From: Acutalibacter sp. 1XD8-36
GTDB lineage: Bacteria; Bacillota; Clostridia; Oscillospirales; Acutalibacteraceae
NCBI RefSeq assembly: GCF_009917525.1
Contig: NZ_QZDU01000003.1
Coordinates: 267,547 to 291,546 of the forward strand
Reading direction: 5' to 3'
DNA: 24,000 nucleotides
Position 1 is the stretch's first letter. Every line of letters begins with the position of its first letter. Shown piece by piece: positions 1-9,127 of the stretch. The translations under genes were made by a program, and so were the position numbers. The notes below the pieces were generated by a model, which did not search any database, had not been told where the DNA came from, and saw only the letters and a program-made list of their open reading frames with translations.

Positions 1-362
1 TCTCCACCCTCTCCTCCATCGACCCGTCACTGTATGAGTCGGCGAGCGTTGACGGTGCGACCAGGCTGAAGAAGATATGGTTTATCACCCTGCCGAGCCT
101 TCTGCCGCTGATTATGATACAGCTTATCTTCGCTATAGGCGGTATGCTCAGCTCAAACACGGACATGATACTGCTGCTCTATAACCCCTCGGTCTACTCC
201 ACCGCAGACGTGATAGGCACCTATGTGTACCGCGAGTCACTTATGGGCGGGGCCTACAGCCCGGGCACGGCGGCTGGCCTGCTTATGAGCATTTTAAGCT
301 TTATCCTGGTGTTTGGGGCAAACTGGGTCTCAAGGAAGAAGACAGATTTTTCCATCTGGTGA
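1..362 (+). CDS. ABC sugar transporter permease, C-terminal part (LplB/YteP-like; 5' end lies outside the window)
   Basis: The frame is open from the window edge (codon phase from nt 3) to TGA 360-362. The translation STLSSIDPSLYESASVDGATRLKKIWFITLPSLLPL... carries the EAA-loop-type motif of binding-protein-dependent permeases and is followed by hydrophobic helices. It sits immediately upstream of a second permease and an SBP. Confidence 0.85.
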   Translation, partial: STLSSIDPSLYESASVDGATRLKKIWFITLPSLLPLIMIQLIFAIGGMLSSNTDMILLLYNPSVYSTADVIGTYVYRESLMGGAYSPGTAAGLLMSILSFILVFGANWVSRKKTDFSIW

Positions 363-381
363 GGAAAGGGGAGGTATTAAG

Positions 382-1323
382 ATGAAACTAAACTCAATGG
401 CAGCAGAGGGGAACAGGCCCGGGAAAAGCAGGCTAAACCGCTGGACCGGCTTCGATACGGCGGTAACAGCCATATCAGTGGTAGTGTGCTTTATCACCAT
501 ATACCCCATGTGGTATGTTATCTCCATGTCCCTTAGCGACCCCATAGCGGCGGCAAGCGGGGCGGTGGCCTTCTGGCCCGTGGGCTTCTCGGTGGAGAGC
601 TATAGGATAGTGGCGCTGGACAGGGAGTTCTGGCAGGCCTTCCTGAACTCCGTTATCTATGTGATAGCAGGCTGTGTACTTATGCTGTTCAACACCATAG
701 CCGTGGCCTACCCGCTGACGCGCAAAAACCTTTGGGGCCGCAGATGGCTTACATATTACCTCCTGGTCCCCATGTATTTCGGCGGCGGCATGATACCGTC
801 CTTTATCGTGGTGACAAAGCTGGGGCTGTACAACTCCCCCTGGTCCCTGATACTGCCGGGCTGCTACAGCATATGGAACATCATCCTGTGCAGAACCTTC
901 CTTGCCTCCCTGCCGCCGGACCTCTCGGAAGCGGCCTTTATAGACGGGGCCACAAACCTGCAGGCCCTGGTAAAAATATACCTGCCCCTGTCAAAGCCGA
1001 TTATCGCCGTTATCCTGATATATACCATTGTGGGCGTGTGGAACTCATGGTTCGGGGCGTCTATCTACACCACAGACAGGGATATACAGCCGGTGCAGCT
1101 GTTCCTGCGCAACGTGCTGGTCTCCATGCAGTCGGGTATGAGGGCGGACACACAGACAGGCATGACCAAGGAGGTGATGGAGGCCATGGCTGAGCAGGCG
1201 ATGACGGCCCGCCAGCTGCGCTACGCAATGATTGTGATAGTCACCATGCCTATCCTCATGGTATACCCCATGTTCCAGAAATACTTCACAAAGGGCGTTA
1301 TGCTGGGCTCCATCAAAGGCTAG
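382..1323 (+). CDS. ABC sugar transporter permease (LplC/YtcP-like)
   Basis: ATG 382 is preceded by GGGGAGG 9 nt upstream. The ORF-track start at 313 lacks an RBS and overlaps the previous gene. The 313-aa product has multiple TM helices and the motif LSEAAFIDGATNLQALVKIYLPLSKP (EAA loop). Stop is TAG 1321-1323. Confidence 0.9.
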   Translation: MKLNSMAAEGNRPGKSRLNRWTGFDTAVTAISVVVCFITIYPMWYVISMSLSDPIAAASGAVAFWPVGFSVESYRIVALDREFWQAFLNSVIYVIAGCVLMLFNTIAVAYPLTRKNLWGRRWLTYYLLVPMYFGGGMIPSFIVVTKLGLYNSPWSLILPGCYSIWNIILCRTFLASLPPDLSEAAFIDGATNLQALVKIYLPLSKPIIAVILIYTIVGVWNSWFGASIYTTDRDIQPVQLFLRNVLVSMQSGMRADTQTGMTKEVMEAMAEQAMTARQLRYAMIVIVTMPILMVYPMFQKYFTKGVMLGSIKG

Positions 1324-1420
1324 GCCCAAGGCCAGGTGGAAGAGGGGATACGGCGTAAGCCAACCCTTTTGCATATATCAAAATTCATCTACCAAAATAT
1401 TTGTTTAGGAGGAAAACCAA

Positions 1421-3160
1421 ATGAAAAGAACTACAGCCCTATTGCTGACACTGGTGCTGCTGCTCACAACAGCGGCCTGCAGTTCCGGTCCGTCCGCTCC
1501 CGAAAGCTCGTCCGGCGGGGAGTCCGCAAGCTCGAAGACAGAGGAGAGCTCCGCCGTCCAGGGCGGGGAACCGTCCGGAGAGACGGTGACCCTGAAGATA
1601 CTGTGCAAGAACGACTATTCGTCTGAGATAAAGACAGCCGACTGGGAGCAGTACGACGTCTCCAAGACCTTTATGGGGATACTTGAGGAGCTAGGGATAC
1701 AGCTTGAGCTGGAGTGCATTGCCAACGACAACTTCCCCAATGTCCTGAACACCCGCATGGCGGCCGGGGTGGACATGCCTGATATTGTCGCCGTGGCCTT
1801 CGACCCCGGCATTACCGGCAGCGACGTGGTGGACTGGGGCAAAAACGGGCTCATTATCCCGGCAAGTCAGCTTATGGAGGAGTATGACGAGGACGGCAGC
1901 ATAGCCGCCTTCTGGGACAAATACGCCCCCGGTACCCGCGGGGCCCAGACCGCGCCCGACGGCAATCTCTACTGGTTTGCCTACCTTTACAACTCCGGGG
2001 TCTTTGACAGCGATACCAGGGAGCCCCTGCCCAGCGTGAGCTTCCGCCTGCCCTCCATAAGGGAGGACTGGGTAGAAGCGGCGGGGGAAAAGATAAAGCT
2101 GGCCTATACCCCCGACGAGCTCTATGAGCTGCTGGTAAAGATACAGGAGGCCGACCCCAACGGCACCGGCGCCAAGGACGAGATTGTGAATGTGAAGATA
2201 GACACCTTTTACGACAACTTCGCCAGAGGCTTCGGTCTGAACACCAGCACCCTGGCCTATATAGACAGCGACGGCAAGGTGCAGTCAAATTTCTACGACG
2301 ACAGGCTTATCCAGTACCTGGAGTTTATGAAGAAGCTCTATGATAACGGCATGTACGACACCGCGGCATTCTCGGGGGACTCCTTCTCCTCGGAGCTGAT
2401 TACCTCCAATAAGGCGGCTATTACTTACAACTACGCCACCTGGGGGGACTATGAAAAGCAGATGGCGGTTGAGGGCGCCCAGTACACCCCCTTTGTCCTC
2501 AGCCCGGACGGGGACCTTCAGAAGGCCTGGTACGCCCAGGGGGACACCCCCGGCATTACATTCAACCAGTATTTTGTCACCTCTGCGTGCGAGCACCCTG
2601 AGGCGGCTGCAAAGCTCTTTGACTTTGTGTATACAGAGGATTACGCGAAGCTCTGCGCGGGGGTCGAGGGCGTCACCTTTGAGATGGACGAAAAGGGCGT
2701 GCTCAGCTATATCGACCTTGGCACCCCTCCCACAGAAGAGGGCGAGCTTTGGGACTGGCGCCACAAGACAATGGGGCTGAGCGGGGCCTCCGTGGGCCTG
2801 TACGCCCTGCCACAGATGGCGACTATCCCTGTGTATACCCAGCAGGTGAATCCCAACAGCGACGGGTATATACAGAAAAAGCAGGCCGCTGTCAAGGAGT
2901 TCAACGCAAGCTTTGACACCTGCGACTTCCAGGCAAACCATAACCTGGCCCTCGCCACAGACGAGGAGAGCGACAGGCTGTCTGAAATCAGCGAGCCCCT
3001 GAACACCTACGCGGCGGAGATGATTTCCGACATCATCCTGGGCCAGCGGGACATCTCCACCCTTCAGGAGGGGATAGCCGAGCTGGAGAGCCTGGGCCTT
3101 AAGGACTATATGCAAATCGTGCAGGACCGCTACGACCGGGCCCAGGGCGCGGCAGATTAA
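1421..3160 (+). CDS. Extracellular solute-binding lipoprotein of the ABC transporter (large LplA-type SBP)
   Basis: The RBS is TTAGGAGGAAAACCAA followed by ATG. The N-terminus MKRTTALLLTLVLLLTTAAC is a signal peptide with a lipobox Cys. A Ser/Glu-rich linker follows. The 579-aa size and the position after two permeases are typical of LplA-type SBPs. Confidence 0.9.
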   Translation: MKRTTALLLTLVLLLTTAACSSGPSAPESSSGGESASSKTEESSAVQGGEPSGETVTLKILCKNDYSSEIKTADWEQYDVSKTFMGILEELGIQLELECIANDNFPNVLNTRMAAGVDMPDIVAVAFDPGITGSDVVDWGKNGLIIPASQLMEEYDEDGSIAAFWDKYAPGTRGAQTAPDGNLYWFAYLYNSGVFDSDTREPLPSVSFRLPSIREDWVEAAGEKIKLAYTPDELYELLVKIQEADPNGTGAKDEIVNVKIDTFYDNFARGFGLNTSTLAYIDSDGKVQSNFYDDRLIQYLEFMKKLYDNGMYDTAAFSGDSFSSELITSNKAAITYNYATWGDYEKQMAVEGAQYTPFVLSPDGDLQKAWYAQGDTPGITFNQYFVTSACEHPEAAAKLFDFVYTEDYAKLCAGVEGVTFEMDEKGVLSYIDLGTPPTEEGELWDWRHKTMGLSGASVGLYALPQMATIPVYTQQVNPNSDGYIQKKQAAVKEFNASFDTCDFQANHNLALATDEESDRLSEISEPLNTYAAEMISDIILGQRDISTLQEGIAELESLGLKDYMQIVQDRYDRAQGAAD

Positions 3161-3267
3161 GGGCCGGGACCCGGCAGTAAAAGACAAATAGATTAAAGTG
3201 GGACTATTGGGGCCCGTGCCGGGAATAAGCGCGGGCCCTTGCCCACTGGGCTTGGGAGGGCGGCTCA

Positions 3268-5337
3268 ATGGGGATTCAACTAAAAAATCGGACTTTCCTG
3301 AAAATGTTCGCCATCTTCTTCCTCTGCCTGCTCTTGGTGGCATATCTGCTTTTCGCCTACTTTTTCACCAGGGAGCAGGAGGCTGTGAGGGCAAAGAACC
3401 AGGGGGAGATAGAGAGCTCAATCGAGCACGCGGTGGATTATCTGGAAGAGCTGGTGCAGAGGGAGGGCAGGCTGTCGGCCCAGCTGCGCGCGTATCCGTG
3501 GGTGGTGCAGATGGCCTCGGGCTCTGAGGTGTTTGCCGGGCGGTTTACACCCCGGCGGCTCCAGGAGATAAGCCAGGATTTTCTGTTTAACACCCTTTTG
3601 AACACAGAGGTGCTGTACCGCGCGGTATACTTTACAAAGAATAACAGGGTAATGCACGGCGGCGGGATGAACGGCGGGGAGTATTTCTTTAAGTCCCAGG
3701 GCGTGCCGGAGGAGCAGCTTGAGGGCTTTATGCAGATGATTACAGGGACTGTAAAGGCCAGGCGGGTGCTTTACGGCTCCGGCAGCGGCGTATGCTTTAG
3801 GGGAAACGTGCTCCTTATAAACCCTATCCAGAACTCAACCCGCCCGGGCGCATACCTGTGCACAATGCTCAACACCTCTGTGGTGGCCGAGCAGATAAAG
3901 CTCATGCTCCCCGCGGGGCTCACCGGCTTTAGGGTATACGACGGTGAAAACCAGGCCCTAGTCCTGGAGGACAGACCCGGGGACGGCGGGGACAGGGTGC
4001 TGGGGGGCTACTCCATCCCGGAGCTTGGATGGGAGCTGGAGTTCTATATGGACGCCAAGGCCCACCCGGTTCTGAACGACGCCTACTTCTGGGCGCTGCT
4101 GCTCATGCTCATAATGGCGGTGCTGGTGTCCCCTGTGGCCTTTTTCCTGGCGGCGTACCTTTACCAGCAGCTGGAGAGACTCTTTTCAAAGCTCCCCGGG
4201 GAGCGGGCCTCCAAGGACATATACTTTGACATAGGGAACAATATCTCCAGGATGGTCCAGGCCCTTGAGGTCTCAAAGAGGGACACGGAGCTGCGCCGGA
4301 TTCTGGCGGGCACCCTTCAGCCCGACGGGGCCAGAAGCGGGCTGCTGCCAAATTACCAGCGCCAGTGGGTGCAGGTGGTGCTGCTGGACAGCGGCTCCGG
4401 TGACAGCCCCGGCTCCATAGAGGGCCTGCTCAGGGAGATGAAGGGGCTGCACTGTGAGTTCGTGCCGGACTATGGCGGTATGCTGGTGCTGATAGTTTCC
4501 TCGGCCCAGGAGCGGGAGATATCGGCCTTCTGCAGCCGGTTTGCCGAGAAGTTCGGCCCCGGGCCGGGGGAGATATTCCCGGGGCCGGTCTGCCAGGGCT
4601 GCGGGGGCATACCGGCCTCATACCAGGAGGCCCTGAAAAAGAAGCAGTACCGGGGATTTTCCGGCATACCTGTATATTACCTGCCCATTGAGGCCGAGCA
4701 CCACCTTATCCTGGCCCTGCGGGGAGGCAAGGCCAGGGAGGCGGCAAATATCCTGGACCAGCTTCTGGAGGAGAACGCTCAGCAGCTAAAATGCGGGAAA
4801 CTTAGGGAGTCGGACCTGTTCCAGCTGAGCATGGTGCTTATAAACGACCTTGTGCGCATTGTGCTGGAGAAAAACCTCAGCCGCGAGCTGCTGGCCTCCC
4901 TGGAGACCATGGAGTACAGCTCTGTCTATGATGTGTTCGGCAAGCTCAGCGCCGTGGCAGCAGAGGTCTGCGCCATGCTCTCGGCCAGGGAGGAGGGCGT
5001 AAGCGCCGCCGCCAGGGAAATCGTCGAGTATATCGACTCCAACTATGTGGACAGCAGCCTGTCAATAAACGTCCTGCAGGATGTGTTCCATATGAGCGCC
5101 AACACCATCAATAAGCATATCCGGGACGCCGTGGGCACGACCTTTCTGCCATACCTTACCTATGTGCGCATGGAAAAGGCCAAGGAGCTGCTTTCCGTGG
5201 GGGATGTGAAGATATCCGAGGTGTATAAGCAGGTGGGGTATGACCTGGAGTTCTCATTCCGCCGGGCGTTTATACGGTACAGCGGCTATAAGCCCCAAAA
5301 CCACATCGCCCCGGAGGAAAACTTCCCCCGGGGATAG
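3268..5337 (+). CDS. Membrane-anchored AraC-family transcriptional regulator (one-component sensor)
   Basis: GGGAGGG lies about 8 nt upstream of ATG 3268. There is an N-terminal TM helix (FLKMFAIFFLCLLLVAYLLFAYFF) and a second TM helix about 270 aa in (YFWALLLMLIMAVLVSPVAFFLAAYLY). The C-terminal AraC HTH pair reads IVEYIDSNY...LSINVLQDVFHMSANTINKHIRD...YLTYVRMEKAKELL...ISEVYKQVGYDLEFSFRRAFIRYSGYKP. Confidence 0.85.
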   Translation: MGIQLKNRTFLKMFAIFFLCLLLVAYLLFAYFFTREQEAVRAKNQGEIESSIEHAVDYLEELVQREGRLSAQLRAYPWVVQMASGSEVFAGRFTPRRLQEISQDFLFNTLLNTEVLYRAVYFTKNNRVMHGGGMNGGEYFFKSQGVPEEQLEGFMQMITGTVKARRVLYGSGSGVCFRGNVLLINPIQNSTRPGAYLCTMLNTSVVAEQIKLMLPAGLTGFRVYDGENQALVLEDRPGDGGDRVLGGYSIPELGWELEFYMDAKAHPVLNDAYFWALLLMLIMAVLVSPVAFFLAAYLYQQLERLFSKLPGERASKDIYFDIGNNISRMVQALEVSKRDTELRRILAGTLQPDGARSGLLPNYQRQWVQVVLLDSGSGDSPGSIEGLLREMKGLHCEFVPDYGGMLVLIVSSAQEREISAFCSRFAEKFGPGPGEIFPGPVCQGCGGIPASYQEALKKKQYRGFSGIPVYYLPIEAEHHLILALRGGKAREAANILDQLLEENAQQLKCGKLRESDLFQLSMVLINDLVRIVLEKNLSRELLASLETMEYSSVYDVFGKLSAVAAEVCAMLSAREEGVSAAAREIVEYIDSNYVDSSLSINVLQDVFHMSANTINKHIRDAVGTTFLPYLTYVRMEKAKELLSVGDVKISEVYKQVGYDLEFSFRRAFIRYSGYKPQNHIAPEENFPRG

Positions 5338-5472
5338 AAAGGCCCTGAACAAAAATTCAGGCAGATATTAAGGTATAATTTCCAGGCATGGCTTGCGCCG
5401 GGCCCGGCAATAGGCTATAATGGGCTGAGCGGCAGGACGCGCCCACAAAAAATTCACACTGGAGGAATCCAT

Positions 5473-7422
5473 ATGCAAAACTTTGACCGCCTTCCCGCCA
5501 TACCACTTATCGTGGAGGACCCATATTTTTCCGTCTGGCTCCCTGGGGACCTTCCCAACGACTGCACAGCGGTCCATTGGACAGGGGCTGAAAAGCCCGT
5601 CAGCGGCTTTATTACAGTGGACGGTGAGCGCTACCGCTTCCTTGGCAACGGCGGCGAGGCCAGGGCCCTTGTACAAGGGGTGACCGTCACCCCCACAAAG
5701 ACCGAGTTTACCTATCTTGCAGGGGGCGTTAGCCTGAAAGCGGCCTTCCGCAGCTGCGCTCTGCCCGACGACCTGGATGTGCTCTCCACCCCAATCACCA
5801 TGGCGGACTTTGAGATTGCCTCGGAGGACGGCGCGGCCCACAAAACGCAGCTGAGCCTTTCGGTCTCCCGGCGTATCTGCTTTGACGGCGCCACGGAGCC
5901 AGAGATATTCTCCCACAGCTATAGGGCGGGGGAGATGGGCGTGGCCTACCTGGGCAGGTCCCGCCAGTGCATATTGGGCCATTCCGCGGACCATATCACT
6001 ATTGACTGGGGGTATTTCTATATGGCCTCCTCCTGCCCGGTATCGAGCTCTGCCCACGGAGCGGACTTCAGCTGGGAGACAGAGGCCGGCAATGAGCCTA
6101 AGAGGGCCTTTGCCCTGCTGGGGTACGACGATATAGCCTCGGTGAACTATTTCGGCACGCCCTGCAGGGCCTGGTACGCAAGGGGCGGCAAGACCTTCCG
6201 GCAGGCGCTGGAGGAGTTTTTCACCGGGCATGACCGGCTGGTGGAGCGCTGTGAGGCCCTGGACGCCCGGGTGCTGGAGAGGGCGGGGGAGATAGGCGGC
6301 AGGGACTACCAGGAGATAGCCTGCGCCGCCTGGAGGCACAGCTTTGCCGCCCATAAGCTGATTGCCACCCCGGAGGGGGAGCTGGCCCTGCTCTCAAAGG
6401 AGAACGACTCCAACGGCTGTATCGGCACGGTGGACGTGAGCTATCCTTCCGCGCCCCTGTTCCTGGAGTTCTGTCCCGAGCTTGTGAACGCCCTGTGCCG
6501 CCCTGTGCTGGAGTTCGCGTCCATGCCTGTATGGGAGTTTGACTTTGCCCCCCATGACGTGGGCCGCTACCCCTACGCCACAGGACAGGCCTACGCCCTG
6601 GACATGGACATCCCCCAGGGCGCGGCAATCCCGCCGGTATATCAGTACCCGGCGGGAACAGAGATTTATCTTGACAAGTACCAGATGCCTGTGGAGGAGT
6701 GCGGAAACATGCTGATTATGCTGGAGGCAGCCCTGCACTACGGCGCCTCGGACGGCCTTCTGCGCAAATATTCCCCGATACTGGAGAAGTGGGCCGGATA
6801 CCTGCTGAAGTACGGCGAGGACCCGGGCAGCCAGCTCTGCACCGACGACTTCGCCGGGCATTTGGCCCGCAACGTAAACCTGGCTGCAAAGGCCATTGTG
6901 GGCATAGCCTGCTTTGGGCGGCTGCAAAAGCGGCTTGGAAGGGAACAGGCAGGCGCGGAGTACCGGCAGAAGGCCCGGGAGCTGGCTGAAAGCTGGCAGC
7001 GCCGCGCCGCCGGGGAGAAGGGCACATACCTGACCTTCGACAAAAAGGGCTGGAGCATGAAGTATAACCTGGCGTGGGACCGGGTGCTGGGGCTGGACCT
7101 GCTCCCCGAGGACTTCTACCGCAGGGAGACTGAGAGCTATCTTGAGCACATCAACACCTACGGCCTGCCCCTGGACTCCCGGGCAGACTATACCAAGTCC
7201 GACTGGATATGCTGGTGCGCGGCCATGGCCCCCGAGGAGTCCGTGCGCCGTGCGCTGCTGGCGCCTGTGGCAAAGTATGTCAGGGAGACCGCTACCCGGG
7301 TGCCCTTCTCCGACTGGTACGACACCAGGACCGGGCGCTACGTGGCATTCATTGCCCGCAGCGTGCAGGGCGGGGTCTTCATGCCCTTCCTCTCCCGACC
7401 TCACCCCGGCACTCCCAAATAG
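5473..7422 (+). CDS. Glutaminase-A-like (DUF4964/DUF5127/DUF4965/DUF1793 architecture) putative glycoside hydrolase, cytoplasmic
   Basis: RBS is GGAGGAATCCAT followed by ATG. The N-terminus LPAIPLIVEDPYFSVW..., the tail motif WSMKYNLAWDRVLGLDLLP and the 649-aa length match my memory of the GtaA/DUF4965 family. No signal peptide is visible. The assignment was not verified by any search. Confidence 0.7.
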   Translation: MQNFDRLPAIPLIVEDPYFSVWLPGDLPNDCTAVHWTGAEKPVSGFITVDGERYRFLGNGGEARALVQGVTVTPTKTEFTYLAGGVSLKAAFRSCALPDDLDVLSTPITMADFEIASEDGAAHKTQLSLSVSRRICFDGATEPEIFSHSYRAGEMGVAYLGRSRQCILGHSADHITIDWGYFYMASSCPVSSSAHGADFSWETEAGNEPKRAFALLGYDDIASVNYFGTPCRAWYARGGKTFRQALEEFFTGHDRLVERCEALDARVLERAGEIGGRDYQEIACAAWRHSFAAHKLIATPEGELALLSKENDSNGCIGTVDVSYPSAPLFLEFCPELVNALCRPVLEFASMPVWEFDFAPHDVGRYPYATGQAYALDMDIPQGAAIPPVYQYPAGTEIYLDKYQMPVEECGNMLIMLEAALHYGASDGLLRKYSPILEKWAGYLLKYGEDPGSQLCTDDFAGHLARNVNLAAKAIVGIACFGRLQKRLGREQAGAEYRQKARELAESWQRRAAGEKGTYLTFDKKGWSMKYNLAWDRVLGLDLLPEDFYRRETESYLEHINTYGLPLDSRADYTKSDWICWCAAMAPEESVRRALLAPVAKYVRETATRVPFSDWYDTRTGRYVAFIARSVQGGVFMPFLSRPHPGTPK

Positions 7423-7789
7423 CCCCCTCAAGCTCCCGGATGAGCCCGTCCAGCTCCTTGCCCCTGCCGCCCTCAGCCATGGCGGAGGCCTCGGCCCGGA
7501 ACAGCTCGCCTAAGGAGACCCCGTTATGCCTGGCAAGCCCGGCGTAGTATTCGGCCTTGGTCATGCCCGGCAGGAACTGCTGGGCAAAGTTCGTGCGGCT
7601 GTGTATAAGCCCGCTCATGGCGATGGCCCCCTTCTTTTTAAGGGAGCGCACGATATCCCTGGTGTAATTTTTCGTCCAGGCCCTTTCGTCCAGTAAATCC
7701 AGCATTTCGCTCACAGTGAGGGGCCGGTCCTGCTCCCAGAGGAACAGCATAAGTTTTTCCTCGGTTTTCGTCAACGGTACAAACGCCAT
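7379..7789 (-). CDS. BlaI/MecI/CopY-family (penicillinase-repressor type) winged-helix transcriptional repressor
   Basis: ATG 7789-7787 is preceded by AAAGGTGGTAGC. The upstream start at 7828 has no RBS. LTKTEEKLMLFLWEQDRPLTVSEMLDLLDERAWTKNYTRDIVRSLKKKGAI fits the family wHTH pattern (LSxxExxVMxxLW...W...TVxTxLxRLxxKG). The 3' end overlaps the convergent hydrolase gene by 44 nt (7379-7422). Confidence 0.7.
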   Translation of the reverse strand: MAFVPLTKTEEKLMLFLWEQDRPLTVSEMLDLLDERAWTKNYTRDIVRSLKKKGAIAMSGLIHSRTNFAQQFLPGMTKAEYYAGLARHNGVSLGELFRAEASAMAEGGRGKELDGLIRELEGAIWECRGEVGRGRA

Positions 7790-7943
7790 GCTACCACCTT
7801 TGCTGATTATAATAGTTTTAAATAGCACATATTTAATCCGTGAAACTGTGTATATGCTAAACTTTAATTTAGTATATCTGATTGGTTTTCAGTTGTCAAG
7901 AGCTTTTAAGCATTACTAAAGAAGAAGGCGCTCATGAAAGCCA

Positions 7944-7972
7944 TTGAAAAAGCCCGGATTTTGTGTTATAAT
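7944..7972 (+). promoter_or_regulatory. Candidate sigma-A promoter of the Gfo/Idh/MocA gene
   Basis: TTGAAA (7944-7949), a 17-nt spacer, then an extended -10 TGTTATAAT (7964-7972), about 40 nt upstream of ATG 8014. Confidence 0.45.
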
Positions 7973-7993
7973 ATTACACAGCAAAAATGTAAT
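7973..7993. promoter_or_regulatory. Inverted repeat ATTACA-N9-TGTAAT, candidate operator
   Basis: Perfect 6-bp arms abut the -10 element. They contain the TACA/TGTA half-sites known for BlaI/MecI/CopY operators, but the spacing (9 nt) differs from the classical cop box (TACAnnTGTA). Confidence 0.3.
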
Positions 7994-8013
7994 GACCCAG
8001 GGAGGAAAAAAGC

Positions 8014-9060
8014 ATGAAGCCTGTAGTCCGCGTGGCTGTGATAGGGGGCGGCGCCATCGCCCAGCGCCGGCACCTGCCGGAATATGACGCAAACCCCTGC
8101 GCCCAGATAGCCGGGGTGTTCGACACTGATGAAAAGCGTGCCAGGGAGCTCTGCGAGCAGTACGGAGGGCGTGCCTACGGCAGCCTTGAGGAGGTATTTG
8201 AGGATGGGAGCGTGGACGCGGTGAGCGTATGTTCGCCTAACGTCACCCATGCCGACGCTTCTATAAGGGCGCTGAGGGCCGGGAAGCATGTGCTCTGCGA
8301 GAAGCCCATGGCGCTGAGCCTGGAGGAGTCCAGGCGTATGCTGGAGGCGGAGAGGCAGTCCGGCAAAAACCTGATGCTGGGCCACAACCAAAGGCTGATA
8401 CGGGCCCACTTAAAGGCCCACGAGCTGCTGCACCAGGGGGCCATAGGCAGGCTGCTGTTTTTCCAGTGCAACTTCAAGCACTCCGGCCCTGAGAACTGGA
8501 GTATTGACGCGGGAAATAACACCTGGTTTTTCAAAAAGGACCAGGCGAATTTCGGCGTGATGGGTGACTTGGGGGCCCATAAGATAGACCTGATACGCTT
8601 CCTCACAGACTCTGAGATAAAGAACGTGTTCACCACCATGACGACCCTTGACAAGCGGGATGAGACCGGGGAGCTAATAGCCCTGGAGGACAACGCCGTA
8701 TGCCTCTTTAACATGGAAAACGGCCTGCCGGGCATAATGCACTTCAGCTGGACAAATTACGGCGCGGAGGACAACGGCAGCACCATATACGGCAGCAAGG
8801 GCGTGATGAAGATATTCGGTGACTACGCCGACGATATCGTCCTTGAAATGCGGGACGGCACCCAGGTAAAGTATACCGTGGGGAGCATCAGCACCAACCA
8901 GCACCAGCTGAAGAGCGGCGTAATAGACGAGTTCATCGCCTCCATAGTGGAGGGCCGCAGGCCGATAGTCACAGGCATAGACGGGCTCAACACCCTGGCT
9001 GTGATTGAGACCGCCATGAAGTCCGCCCGGGCGGGGACGTGGATGGATATTGAGTATTGA
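8014..9060 (+). CDS. Gfo/Idh/MocA-family NAD(P)-dependent oxidoreductase
   Basis: RBS GGGAGG. The N-terminal Rossmann motif is VRVAVIGGGAIAQRRHLPEY and the family EKPMA motif appears as VLCEKPMALSLEE. Length is 348 aa. Confidence 0.9.
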   Translation: MKPVVRVAVIGGGAIAQRRHLPEYDANPCAQIAGVFDTDEKRARELCEQYGGRAYGSLEEVFEDGSVDAVSVCSPNVTHADASIRALRAGKHVLCEKPMALSLEESRRMLEAERQSGKNLMLGHNQRLIRAHLKAHELLHQGAIGRLLFFQCNFKHSGPENWSIDAGNNTWFFKKDQANFGVMGDLGAHKIDLIRFLTDSEIKNVFTTMTTLDKRDETGELIALEDNAVCLFNMENGLPGIMHFSWTNYGAEDNGSTIYGSKGVMKIFGDYADDIVLEMRDGTQVKYTVGSISTNQHQLKSGVIDEFIASIVEGRRPIVTGIDGLNTLAVIETAMKSARAGTWMDIEY

Positions 9061-9127
9061 GGAGGAAGAGGGCCTGGTATTTCCCCATGAACCCGCCTAA
9101 AATTAAGCTCCCTACTTTTTTAAGCCT

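Noticed and set aside
313-381. N-terminal extensions proposed by the ORF track: 313 for the permease, 7828 for BlaI, 13477 for MFS, 13621 for DUF362, 15531 for the acetyltransferase, 20209 for the Cys-rich protein and 22696 for the DUF6076-like gene.
   Set aside because: In each case an internal ATG or GTG has a proper AGGAGG-type RBS at 6-10 nt. The extension covers promoter or intergenic sequence or the preceding gene.
2285-3343. A 352-aa ORF antisense to the SBP and AraC genes. Similar long antisense ORFs occur at 5368-6354, 6394-7431, 14332-15513 and 18963-20498.
   Set aside because: These are shadow ORFs typical of high-GC coding DNA. Their composition is Arg/Pro/Gly/His-rich and low in complexity, and they have no RBS. 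They fully overlap genes that have clear family motifs on the other strand.
7934-8017. A 27-codon ORF (MKAIEKARILCYNITQQKCNDPGRKKA) upstream of the Gfo/Idh/MocA gene.
   Set aside because: The RBS is weak or absent. It coincides with the predicted -35/-10 and operator sequence, so it would lie largely upstream of the transcript start.
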